This document shows, one piece after another, positions 26,366 through 35,608 of a stretch of DNA of 64,000 bases. The notes beneath the pieces were generated by a model. The model had not been told where the DNA came from. It worked only from the letters and a program-made list of their open reading frames with translations, and did no database searches. The stretch lies in sequence record NC_052657.1; one strand, given 5' to 3'. This stretch comes from Escherichia phage muut. How positions within the stretch are numbered: position 1 is the first letter of the stretch; the number at the start of each line of letters is the position of its first letter. Made by a program: the position numbers and the translations under genes.

Positions 26366-27326
26366 TACTCCTGTACTTAAGTGTGATAATAAGTTAGGCA
26401 GTGGTTGTGATTACCATCGTATTGTAATGCCATTTGCTGGAAATACGTTTAAACCTAAGAAAGACGTTTTAGTTTTTAATAGAGTGTATTCTCGTGGATC
26501 AGACGAAGTTAAACGCCTGAAGGCACAAGGTGTTAAGATTATTGTTGATTTAGATGATTTTTATTCGCTTAATCCTGAACATTATATGGCTGGCGTATTT
26601 ACTAATCACTCAAAGACTATTGTAGAGATGATTAAGTTAGCAGATGTGGTTACTGTAACAACAGAATACCTAGCTTACAAAATTCGTCATTTAAATCGTA
26701 ATGTTGTCGTTATTAGAAACGCACTACCTTACGACGAAGGTCAATTTACTTTGACAAAAGACCGTTATTCTGACACGCCTATTATTTGGGCGGGAGGAGC
26801 AAGCCATGAACCTGATTTATCTCTTGTAGCTAATACATTTGATGATACGCTATTGACAATTGCAGGGTATGAAGTGTATCCTTCTGCACCTGTTGGAAAT
26901 AATAGTCAGTATCTAACTACTGCGGAGTGGGTTAAAGTAAAACGTAAAATTCCAAATGCACAGTATAAACCAGCTATTAAAAATTTAGGTGAGTATATGT
27001 CTGTGTATGACGGTCACAGTATTGCAATTGCTCCTCTGGTAGATAATGACTTCAACAACTGTAAAAGCAATTTGAAGATTTTGGAAGCAGGTGCAAAGGG
27101 TCTTCCTATTATCTGTTCTCCTGTGCTGCCGTACTTCAATCCGGTAGATGCAAAGGCTGTTATCTATGCAGACTCTAAAGCATCTTGGCATTATGAAGTT
27201 GTCAAGCTAATGAGGAACCCTAGATACACAGAAGATCGTGGTATGATGCTTGCAGAACACGTTCGTCTTAATTATAATCTTGCAGATGCTAATGAACTGC
27301 GTCGTCAAGTTATTGAAAGTCTTTAA
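26352..27326 (+). CDS. glycosyltransferase (GT-B-like), paralog 1
   Basis: KSNLKILEAGAKGLPIICSP; shares blocks with next gene; ATG 26352. Confidence 0.5.
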   Translation: MVNPNTPVLKCDNKLGSGCDYHRIVMPFAGNTFKPKKDVLVFNRVYSRGSDEVKRLKAQGVKIIVDLDDFYSLNPEHYMAGVFTNHSKTIVEMIKLADVVTVTTEYLAYKIRHLNRNVVVIRNALPYDEGQFTLTKDRYSDTPIIWAGGASHEPDLSLVANTFDDTLLTIAGYEVYPSAPVGNNSQYLTTAEWVKVKRKIPNAQYKPAIKNLGEYMSVYDGHSIAIAPLVDNDFNNCKSNLKILEAGAKGLPIICSPVLPYFNPVDAKAVIYADSKASWHYEVVKLMRNPRYTEDRGMMLAEHVRLNYNLADANELRRQVIESL

Positions 27327-27337
27327 TAAGGAGCTAT

Positions 27338-28282
27338 ATGCCTAATATTATTCTTGACACACGCGGAAATGAAAAGTATAGTGTATGTGATTTTCATAGA
27401 ATCATTTTGCCATATAAACGCAAACTGACCATTAATCCTAAGCATAATATTTTTGTGTTCAATGGAGTACCAACACGTGGAAAGCCAGGTTTCCTGGCTC
27501 TTAAACAACTTGGGTTTAAATTGGTAATGGATCTGGATGATTCTTTAATTATTCCTGAAGGGCATATGCTTGAAGGATTATTTGAAAATCAAATCCGAGA
27601 TGACCTAAAATGGTTCCTTGAAAGAAGTGATCTTGTAACTACAACAACTCCGGCATTAAAGGTTGAATTAAGCCAATACAATGATAATGTACATATTGTG
27701 CCTAACGGACTACCTTTTGATGAAGGACAGTTTGTTCTTACTAAAGATCGTTATTCTAAAAGTCCACTGGTTTGGGCGGGAAGTGAAACACATAAACATG
27801 ATTTAGCAATTCTTCCTGATTTTGGTAAAGATTTAACTTTATGTGGATTTCGTAGAGATCACGAAGAGTTGAGTAGTGCTCAATGGTTGCAAATTAAAGA
27901 AGATATTCAACCAGATTGTGTTTATGAAGGTATTCGTCCTTATGAGTGTTATATGGAAGCATACGATGGTCATCAAATCTCCATAGCTCCGTTAGTAAAT
28001 AATCATTTTAATAATGCCAAAAGTAATTTAAAAATTCTTGAAGCTGGTGCTAAAGGTTTGCCACTCGTTTGTTCACCACGAGAGAACTACTATACTGAAG
28101 AATTTAAAGATCTAATCTTCTTTGCTGATTCAGTTAAAGAGTGGAAAGATATTGTAGAATACTTAATCGAATCTCCTGATGTTTGTATTGAGAAAGGATT
28201 AGCTCTTGCTAAGTATGTAAGAGATAACTACAATATTGATGATTTAAATGAAACCCGCAGACTGCTTATCGAGGATTTATAA
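27338..28282 (+). CDS. glycosyltransferase (GT-B-like), paralog 2
   Basis: CDFHRIILPY, LTKDRYSKSPLVWAGSETHKHDL, KSNLKILEAGAKGLPLVCSP paralogous to the upstream gene. Confidence 0.5.
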   Translation: MPNIILDTRGNEKYSVCDFHRIILPYKRKLTINPKHNIFVFNGVPTRGKPGFLALKQLGFKLVMDLDDSLIIPEGHMLEGLFENQIRDDLKWFLERSDLVTTTTPALKVELSQYNDNVHIVPNGLPFDEGQFVLTKDRYSKSPLVWAGSETHKHDLAILPDFGKDLTLCGFRRDHEELSSAQWLQIKEDIQPDCVYEGIRPYECYMEAYDGHQISIAPLVNNHFNNAKSNLKILEAGAKGLPLVCSPRENYYTEEFKDLIFFADSVKEWKDIVEYLIESPDVCIEKGLALAKYVRDNYNIDDLNETRRLLIEDL

Positions 28283-28551
28283 TGAACACTTTTGATTTTG
28301 AGTATAAACAAGATAATAAAGAACCTATTATTGTTGAAGTAGATTACTATTATGAAGAACCTAACCCTTTCTCACGAGAAAGTGATTGGGATTATTATGG
28401 TGGTCTTATTGTTGATGGTATTAGATTTTATTCTGGTACAAAAGAACTTTTTGATATAGATATTTCCCCATCGGAAATTGTTTACCAATTTAAGAAACAT
28501 ATGGAAGATTTGGAAATGCAATATATTATGGAGACAAACGAATCATTTTAG
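28282..28551 (+). CDS. hypothetical acidic protein
   Basis: 89 aa ORF, ATGA overlap. Confidence 0.45.
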   Translation: MNTFDFEYKQDNKEPIIVEVDYYYEEPNPFSRESDWDYYGGLIVDGIRFYSGTKELFDIDISPSEIVYQFKKHMEDLEMQYIMETNESF

Positions 28552-28563
28552 TAGGAGAATCCT

Positions 28564-30336
28564 GTGTCTTATGTTGTAAATAAATATGGGTATAACATTG
28601 ATCTAAGTCAAGAAGGACATACTGGGTGTCCTCGTTGTATGAAAGGAGGGCGTGATCGATCACAAAACAATTTGATGGTATATGGCTTAGATGCCGATGA
28701 AGACCATCGAGGCGCACATTGTTTTTCTTGTGGCTTTACTATCCCTGATCAAAAATGGTTAAATGCGCACGGCGAAGAAATTGAAGAGGAGGATATCTTG
28801 GGTAGTGAGTTTAATCCAGAAGTACATGATAAACTAAAAGCCAGCACTGGAACTAATCCAAAAGGTTATCGCGGTATTCGTGAAGATATCTCTAAGCCTT
28901 TCGGTGTACGCTATATGTACGATGAAGCTACTGGCGAAGTAATTTCAACACTATACCCTACAACTAAAGATTACAATATTGCTGGGTATAAACAACGTAT
29001 CGATCCAAAAGATTTCTCACATCCTATCGGTGAAACAGGAAAGGATTGTGATCTTTTTGGGGAGTTTAAATATCGTAACCACAGCGGTACTATTCTAATC
29101 GTTGGTGGTGAACACGATATGCTGGCTGCAACACAGATGCTAAAAGATTATAACAAGGGTGGTAAATATCCTGTTCCTGCTGTAGTATCTGGTACTTGTG
29201 GCGAAACATCTCTGCATAAGCAGCTTCAACATCGTTATAAATTCTTAGATCAATTTAAAAAGATTGTTCTATGTATGGATAATGATGAAGCTGGACGTGC
29301 AGCAGTTGAGAAATGTGTTAAAATCTTACCACGTAATAAAGTTTACGTGATGGAACTAACGGATGTTAAAGATCCTAACCAGGCACTAGTAGAAGGAAAA
29401 ATTGATCATTTTATTGATCGCTTTTTCAAAGCTAAATTGTACACACCTGCTGGTGTTTACGCTTCTAACGTACTGTATGAAGCAGCCTTGGAATGCCTGG
29501 AAGCTAAAATGATCACCCTTCCTCCATTCATGCGTGTTGCTTCTAATATGTTAGGTGGAGGCTTGGTAGAAGAAGAAATTACTGTTATACTTGCAAAAAC
29601 AAGTATCGGTAAGACACTGTTGGTTAACGAGATTACAAAGCACATTATTCTTGCACATCCAGAACATACTCTTGGTATTTTATCTTTGGAGGCAACGTAT
29701 AAGAAGTATTCTCGTAACTTACTGTCTTCATTCTTGCATATCCCTCTTCACCGTAAAACGAAAGAAGAGAAGGAAAAGATTTTAAAAGATAATGAAGAAA
29801 AGATTCGTGATTTTTACGAACGAGAAGATGGAACACCACGTTTCTATGTTTGTGATGATCGTGGAGCTAACGTAGATGTGATTAAAGAGAAGGTTCTGGA
29901 AATGATTATTTATTTCGGAGTAACCATTCTTGTTATCGACCCTTATTCTGATTTGCTTTCTGGTATGGACGTGTCACAACAAGAGGAACTTGCGACGTGG
30001 CTGAAACGCATTATGAAAGAGTATGCAATAACCATTGTTGTAATTTCACACGTTAAAAAGTCTTCTAACAATAGTAATGAACATATTGTAGAAGATGATG
30101 CAATGGGTAGTAGCTTCCTTGCTAAAGGTGCTGGTATCACAATTGCGCTGGAGCGTGATAAACAAGCTGAAGATCCTATGGAACGTAACCGCACATATTG
30201 CTACATTCTAAAGAACCGTGAGTTCTCAGAGACTGGTGCAGCAGGTAGTTTCTTCTATGAGATTAAAACAGCTACACTTCACGATTACGATCAATACACA
30301 AGTAACCCAGAGAACATCTCTGCTGGTTCTTATTAA
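28564..30336 (+). CDS. bifunctional DNA primase / DnaB-like helicase (T7 gp4-like)
   Basis: GTG start after AGGAG; zinc finger CPRC...CFSC; helicase Walker A AKTSIGKT; 590 aa. Confidence 0.75.
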   Translation: MSYVVNKYGYNIDLSQEGHTGCPRCMKGGRDRSQNNLMVYGLDADEDHRGAHCFSCGFTIPDQKWLNAHGEEIEEEDILGSEFNPEVHDKLKASTGTNPKGYRGIREDISKPFGVRYMYDEATGEVISTLYPTTKDYNIAGYKQRIDPKDFSHPIGETGKDCDLFGEFKYRNHSGTILIVGGEHDMLAATQMLKDYNKGGKYPVPAVVSGTCGETSLHKQLQHRYKFLDQFKKIVLCMDNDEAGRAAVEKCVKILPRNKVYVMELTDVKDPNQALVEGKIDHFIDRFFKAKLYTPAGVYASNVLYEAALECLEAKMITLPPFMRVASNMLGGGLVEEEITVILAKTSIGKTLLVNEITKHIILAHPEHTLGILSLEATYKKYSRNLLSSFLHIPLHRKTKEEKEKILKDNEEKIRDFYEREDGTPRFYVCDDRGANVDVIKEKVLEMIIYFGVTILVIDPYSDLLSGMDVSQQEELATWLKRIMKEYAITIVVISHVKKSSNNSNEHIVEDDAMGSSFLAKGAGITIALERDKQAEDPMERNRTYCYILKNREFSETGAAGSFFYEIKTATLHDYDQYTSNPENISAGSY

Positions 30337-30346
30337 GGAGAAAAAT

Positions 30347-30742
30347 ATGAAAGACAACGAAAACATCCTCTATGGGGTATGCCCTTCTGCTTTAGCGTAT
30401 GATTATACGAAAACTATTGCTAAGTTTAAATTTCAAGACGGATCAGAATTAGAACCATACGGTTATGCTTATGGTGAACATTTGTGGTTTGAGGATGGTT
30501 GTCTATACCTTCTCATTCAAACTACCAGTGGTTTTGTGGGAGAGCTTGTAGATCGTATGTTGAAAAATGTCAGTGATAAAGTTATTCTTGATATCACTAG
30601 TAAGGATGAAAACATTAATAACATTGTTTCCACTTTTAATGGTTTGACAGGCACTGTTAAAATTGAACGTGTAGGCTTGAGAAATACCAATGGTGTCCCT
30701 AATTGCCTTATTAAAGTACAACTAAGTGCTGACAATAAATAA
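30347..30742 (+). CDS. hypothetical protein
   Basis: ATG 30347 after AAGGAGA RBS (track start 30218 lies inside the primase gene). Confidence 0.5.
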   Translation: MKDNENILYGVCPSALAYDYTKTIAKFKFQDGSELEPYGYAYGEHLWFEDGCLYLLIQTTSGFVGELVDRMLKNVSDKVILDITSKDENINNIVSTFNGLTGTVKIERVGLRNTNGVPNCLIKVQLSADNK

Positions 30743-30746
30743 CAAG

Positions 30747-30766
30747 AAGGGGCGAAAGCCCCTTTA
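30747..30766 (+). terminator. terminator-like hairpin (GAAA tetraloop, weak U tract)
   Basis: GGGGC-GAAA-GCCCC then TTTAC. Confidence 0.4.
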
Positions 30767-30774
30767 CAAAACAA

Positions 30775-30804
30775 TTAATTTGTGGTACAGTATTAACAAA
30801 TTAA
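30775..30804 (+). promoter_or_regulatory. perfect 9 bp inverted repeat, operator-like, upstream of DNA polymerase
   Basis: TTAATTTGT 30775-30783 / ACAAATTAA 30796-30804, 12 nt spacer. Confidence 0.35.
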
Positions 30805-30832
30805 GACTTTAGAAATATTTTAAGGAGGGAGA

Positions 30833-33412
30833 ATGGGAGCTTTTACTTTCGACATTGAAAGTAACAACTTGCTTAATGACGAAAGTGTAGATTACTTGGC
30901 AAGTCCATATCGTTTAAAAGATAGTTTTGCAATGCACTGTATTGTGTGCGAAAGTCATGATACTGGAGAGATTATTGCTTTCCATGATGGTGATAAATAT
31001 CTTTTCGATGGTCGTCCGTATGTTGAGACTGACGGAAAGTATGAATACCGACTGGAGGAATATGAGCATTTAGAATATACCCATTTCCCTCTTAAAGATT
31101 TTCCTGATTTTGTAAATGGAACAGGTAAATTTAAAGGTAATTCAAACTATAAAATTACCAAAGTAGTTGGACATAACATCATTAACTTTGACTTACTGGC
31201 AATTAAATTATTTTTTAAACTCAACTACAGTATTAAGTACAATACTTGGGGTAATAGTAACATTGAAATTTGTGATACTATGATCTTAAGCAAGACACTA
31301 AACCCTGATCGCTTCGGTGGTCATAGTCTGGCAGAGTTATCTAAGAAAGCTGGAGGGGATGTTAAAATTGATTTTAGAAAAAACATCCCTGAAACTGAAA
31401 GATTTAAAACATTTGCAGCAGATATGCTGTATTACTGTATTTACGATAACAAAGCTAACACCGCAGTGTTCCGTTATTTGATGGAAGAGTGGGGTGATTA
31501 TAATAAGTGGTCTGAACCATTTAACTTAGAACAACGTGTAGCTGATATTATTACACGTCAAGAGCACCGTGGCTTTGCTTTCAATATGAAACAAGCAGAA
31601 GATAATATTCGTGATCTGGATGCTCGAATGGAAGCATGTCGTTTAGAGGCAGAACCTGTGCTACCTCCTAAACCTGCTACCAAAGGTTATTTGAAATCAT
31701 TCATTCCACCTAAACTACAGTTTAAAAAGAATGGTGAACCTTCAAGTAACATGATAAAGTTTGCAGAGAAACATTCTGGTGAACTTGTACAAAAAGAAGA
31801 TGGTTGGTGGTTATTTGCACTAGGTAAAGAGTTTAAACTACCTATTCCAGCAGAAGAACCTATTTGTGATCCTACAGTACCTGCTACTTTAGACGACACT
31901 ACACATATTAAAAACTGGTTAGTTGGTTTAGGTTGGAGTCCATCTGAATATAAAGATAAAGATATCACTCTTAAATCTGGCACTAAGATTAAGAAAGATG
32001 AAGCACAAATGGAGAAAGCTATTCGTGACTATGTTGATCAAACGTTAGCATCTAATTTCTGCCAGGACAGATGTGATCATCTGGAGTGCACACCAGAAAC
32101 TTTGGAATGGAAACTAAGAGATCGTATTGCTAAAGCTAAAGGTCGTGGTGTTAAAGTGCTTACTAACCCTTCCTTTACAAAAGGGCAAGAGAAAGATATT
32201 TGTCCTAACTTGGAAGCACTAGGTGAAAAGTTTCCTTATGCTACGCAGATTGTGCAGTATCTTACGTATAAACACCGTAGGAACTCTATTCTAGGGGGTG
32301 GTGCTGATTGGGAAGAAGATGAAGAGGATTATGATAAAGGTTATCTGGCAGCAGTAAGGGCTGATGGTCGTATACCAACTCCTGCTGCAACGTGTGATGC
32401 AGCTACATCTCGTATGAAACATAGGTTAGTAGCAAATATCCCACGTGTAACATCTCTGTACGGATATGAAATGCGTAACTTATTTGGTGTAGAAGTTCCA
32501 AAATACTTCCAAATTGGTTATGACTTTGATTCTCTTGAGGCAAAAATAGAATCACACTACTGTTGGCGGTACGAGCAGGAACCACACGAATATTGTAATG
32601 CTCTATTATTGGAAAAACCTAATGATGTTCATACAATGATGGCTCGACGTATTTCTGATACTATTGGGCGTAAGTTTGAACGAAGCCCTGCTAAATCTGT
32701 TAAGTATGGTATTACTTATGGTGCTCAAGCTGCAAAAGTAGCAAAAACTATAGGTAGTGATATGTATACAGGACAGCTTGTATACGATGCTTTCTGGGAA
32801 GCTGCAAAACCTCTTGCACTTCTTAAAGAACGTCTGCATGATTTTTGGGTTAAAACAGGTAAGAAATACATTCTTGGTATTGATGGTAGAAAAGTACCTA
32901 CACGATCTGCACACGCAATACTTAACTCTCTGTTTCAGAGTGGTGGTGTTATTTGTGCAAAAAGAGCAATGGTTATCTACGACGATCTTATCGAAGAAGA
33001 AGGATTAGCTGTTGACTTTTTTGTTGATGACTGGAAAAATAAGTCATTCGTTCAACAAATGATTGCATATCACGATGAAGCACAGCTTGAAGTAACTCGT
33101 GATCTGGTGCATTTTAAATGGTTCTCTAAAGAATCTTTAGGTTGGACTCAAGTTGATGATCCAGATGAACAAAAGAAAATTGATAAAGAATGTTTGGATA
33201 AAGTTAATGCCTGGAAAGAAGAGGAAGAGAAACGTACTGGCAAGATTTGGGCTAACGTACATGAGTCTCCAAAAGGTGGTTGGTTTACAGCCTACAGTCG
33301 TGCTGGAGAATTAGCATCTATCGCTGTTAATAAAGCTGGTGAGTATTACAATCTTAATGTACCTCTCACTGCTGGTTACGATGTTGGTAACTCATGGGCC
33401 AGTTGTCACTAG
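30833..33412 (+). CDS. family A DNA polymerase with 3'-5' exonuclease domain
   Basis: 859 aa; exo motif FDIESNNL, motif B KSVKYGITYGA, motif C YHDEAQLE. Confidence 0.8.
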   Translation: MGAFTFDIESNNLLNDESVDYLASPYRLKDSFAMHCIVCESHDTGEIIAFHDGDKYLFDGRPYVETDGKYEYRLEEYEHLEYTHFPLKDFPDFVNGTGKFKGNSNYKITKVVGHNIINFDLLAIKLFFKLNYSIKYNTWGNSNIEICDTMILSKTLNPDRFGGHSLAELSKKAGGDVKIDFRKNIPETERFKTFAADMLYYCIYDNKANTAVFRYLMEEWGDYNKWSEPFNLEQRVADIITRQEHRGFAFNMKQAEDNIRDLDARMEACRLEAEPVLPPKPATKGYLKSFIPPKLQFKKNGEPSSNMIKFAEKHSGELVQKEDGWWLFALGKEFKLPIPAEEPICDPTVPATLDDTTHIKNWLVGLGWSPSEYKDKDITLKSGTKIKKDEAQMEKAIRDYVDQTLASNFCQDRCDHLECTPETLEWKLRDRIAKAKGRGVKVLTNPSFTKGQEKDICPNLEALGEKFPYATQIVQYLTYKHRRNSILGGGADWEEDEEDYDKGYLAAVRADGRIPTPAATCDAATSRMKHRLVANIPRVTSLYGYEMRNLFGVEVPKYFQIGYDFDSLEAKIESHYCWRYEQEPHEYCNALLLEKPNDVHTMMARRISDTIGRKFERSPAKSVKYGITYGAQAAKVAKTIGSDMYTGQLVYDAFWEAAKPLALLKERLHDFWVKTGKKYILGIDGRKVPTRSAHAILNSLFQSGGVICAKRAMVIYDDLIEEEGLAVDFFVDDWKNKSFVQQMIAYHDEAQLEVTRDLVHFKWFSKESLGWTQVDDPDEQKKIDKECLDKVNAWKEEEEKRTGKIWANVHESPKGGWFTAYSRAGELASIAVNKAGEYYNLNVPLTAGYDVGNSWASCH

Positions 33413-33440
33413 TATCTATTTGATTTTAAAGGAGTTTTAT

Positions 33441-33480
33441 GTGGAACAATCTGTGATTGCCAAGGTTGTTCCGCACTTTT
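33441..33480 (+). terminator. terminator-like hairpin after the DNA polymerase gene
   Basis: GTGGAACAA ... TTGTTCCGCAC then TTTT; large loop. Confidence 0.35.
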
Positions 33481-33494
33481 AAACCATTTCATAA

Positions 33495-33512
33495 TTAGAT
33501 GTTTGAACATCT
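33495..33512 (+). promoter_or_regulatory. palindrome, operator-like, upstream of nucleotidyltransferase gene
   Basis: TAGATGTT-TG-AACATCTA, 8 bp perfect arms. Confidence 0.3.
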
Positions 33513-33548
33513 AGAATAACGCAAAGACCATAAGAGATAGGAGAAAAT

Positions 33549-34142
33549 ATGAATATTGAAGATCAAAAAGTACGAGCTTTAGAAGTATTACGTATGTGCC
33601 AACTGGTAGATCCGTTTGCAATTGTAGCTGGCGGCGCTGTACGTGATTGGCGATTAGAGAAACCTGCGCAAGATATTGATATTTACTTGCGTATGCCTAA
33701 CCACAATACACTCGTACTAGTAGAGAAATTTTTGATGTTGGGTGTTGGTGCACGTAATGTTAAACAACTTACTAAGCAAACAGAACACACTTATGCCGAA
33801 CTACCACATTTGAAATGGGTATTTGAAGCATACTATAAAGATCTTAAGTTTAACTTTATGATCATGGAAGAAGGTGTACGCAGTGAAATCGTATGGAACT
33901 TTGATGTAGCTATTTGCCTGTGTTACTGGGATGGTCAAAATTATGTATATCATCCAGATTTTGAATTTGCACTGAAAACTAATATTTGTACTATTAATCA
34001 CCGCTACACAGGTAAAGAAGCACACGTCCGTAAAATGGCAGAACGTTTCCCTATGTTCCGCTTTGTAAAAGACGTTTTCATTCCCAAAGAACCAGAAGTA
34101 CGTACACTGGATTCATTTAACAACGAAGAATTTAAGATTTAA
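33549..34142 (+). CDS. minimal Pol-beta superfamily nucleotidyltransferase (CCA/poly(A) polymerase head-like)
   Basis: AGGAGA RBS; IVAGGAVRDWRLEKPAQDIDIYL matches the GGxVRD...DxD head motif; 197 aa. Confidence 0.55.
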   Translation: MNIEDQKVRALEVLRMCQLVDPFAIVAGGAVRDWRLEKPAQDIDIYLRMPNHNTLVLVEKFLMLGVGARNVKQLTKQTEHTYAELPHLKWVFEAYYKDLKFNFMIMEEGVRSEIVWNFDVAICLCYWDGQNYVYHPDFEFALKTNICTINHRYTGKEAHVRKMAERFPMFRFVKDVFIPKEPEVRTLDSFNNEEFKI

Positions 34143-34145
34143 GTG

Positions 34146-34175
34146 TTGACAAACATTATAATTATGTGTTATTAT
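34146..34175 (+). promoter_or_regulatory. promoter candidate (TTGACA, extended -10 TGnTATTAT)
   Basis: TTGACA 34146-34151, TG at 34167-34168, TATTAT 34170-34175. Confidence 0.4.
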
Positions 34176-34185
34176 GAGGACTTGA

Positions 34186-34584
34186 ATGACAGATAATCGT
34201 TCTAAAATCTTAGTCGAGACGTTCTACAGTAGAGAAACTAATCGTCTTGAGCTAACTAAAAAAGATGTTGAACCTCAAGATAATACCTTTTTTATTCAAA
34301 TACTATGTCTCTTTGGTGGATACAATCGTTTAACAGTGAGAGTAGAAAACAAAGAGATATCTGAAACCACTATCACAAAACGTGAACTAATGCTACTACA
34401 GGATACAATACGAGATGTTTTGGATAATCCTGGAAAAGCAAAAGTAATTAACCTTGGTGGAGAAAAGATACAAATCCTCCATTTCGAAAGTGGTGAAATA
34501 GGATTTGGTATTGGTCTTGGTAAATACCTGTTGGAAGAAACTGACGCTACTCTTTTACGAGAGTTTTGTGTTAAAGTAATGTAA
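34186..34584 (+). CDS. hypothetical protein
   Basis: 132 aa ORF. Confidence 0.5.
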   Translation: MTDNRSKILVETFYSRETNRLELTKKDVEPQDNTFFIQILCLFGGYNRLTVRVENKEISETTITKRELMLLQDTIRDVLDNPGKAKVINLGGEKIQILHFESGEIGFGIGLGKYLLEETDATLLREFCVKVM

Positions 34585-34600
34585 TTATAGAGGAGAATTT

Positions 34601-35548
34601 ATGCCAGTAATTAATTCTGAAATCGACCGTCGTACTAAAAAAGAAGCATTCTGGGCTGAAGGTATCGTTGAATATGTCAAACTAGATAAGTTTGATGAAA
34701 TGAAAGTCTCTTATATTAAGGTTGCAGGTCAGCCAGATAAGAAAATTGAATCAACTCACAAAGCATCCCTGCTTATTAAAGAGAAAGGTGCTGGTGCTGA
34801 TGATAAAGGTGTTTGGGTTAGCCTAGGTGAAGTTAAACTGCACCCAGAACATGAAAACCTGCAAGTTAAAGATGGTGATAAGTGGATTACTATCGAAAAA
34901 GGTGTAGAAGTAACTATGGATGTTAAACCTTCCGAATGGAATGGCAAAACATACTACAACTCCTCTAAAGGTAAAATCACTGTTCTTTCAACAGAAGGTG
35001 TTCAGCAAGCACAATCTTCTTCAAAAGGTGGAAATAAGCCATCTAATAACGAAGGTAGCAAGCCTAACTACAAAAAACGTGATACCGTAGGGATTGAAAC
35101 AGGACACGCTGTAAACGGCGCTCTGGAGCTTCTACGTGCTGGTGTGAAAGGTGATGCTTTCGACTTGGCTGGTGTGGTACAATCTGCAACTGTTACTCTG
35201 AAAGCAGAAATTGCTAAAGATCGTGGCGTTGATGTGACTGACTATGATCTTGGTGCTTCAGTTGGACACGCAATTCTTAACGCTTGTCGTGATCATACAG
35301 GTAAAACTGTAACGGCAGAAGAGATTATTGAAGCTGCTCGTGAAGTTCTTGCTTTGTCTGATAAAGTAGCTGCTGCTATCCGTGGAATGTCTACCCCAGT
35401 ACAAGAAGTTAAGAAAGAAACTAAAAAAGTAGAGAAAAAAGAGCCAGCACCGAAAGAACCAGAACCTGTTGTTCAAGATTTCGATGATGATATCCCATTT
35501 GCTCCTATTGGTTTGCAGTATGGTCGAAATTTCCTGCACTGTTTCTAA
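34601..35548 (+). CDS. putative ssDNA-binding protein with SSB-type acidic motif
   Basis: DFDDDIPF at 35477-35500, 15 codons before the stop; Gly/Ser-rich linker. Confidence 0.4.
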   Translation: MPVINSEIDRRTKKEAFWAEGIVEYVKLDKFDEMKVSYIKVAGQPDKKIESTHKASLLIKEKGAGADDKGVWVSLGEVKLHPEHENLQVKDGDKWITIEKGVEVTMDVKPSEWNGKTYYNSSKGKITVLSTEGVQQAQSSSKGGNKPSNNEGSKPNYKKRDTVGIETGHAVNGALELLRAGVKGDAFDLAGVVQSATVTLKAEIAKDRGVDVTDYDLGASVGHAILNACRDHTGKTVTAEEIIEAAREVLALSDKVAAAIRGMSTPVQEVKKETKKVEKKEPAPKEPEPVVQDFDDDIPFAPIGLQYGRNFLHCF

Positions 35549-35570
35549 TAGTTAAATATTGTGTGAATAT

Positions 35571-35596
35571 AAGGAGCCTAACGGCTCCTTTTCTTT
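35571..35596 (+). terminator. rho-independent terminator
   Basis: AGGAGCC-TAAC-GGCTCCT then TTTCTTTG. Confidence 0.65.
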
Positions 35597-35608
35597 GAAG
35601 GAGATATA

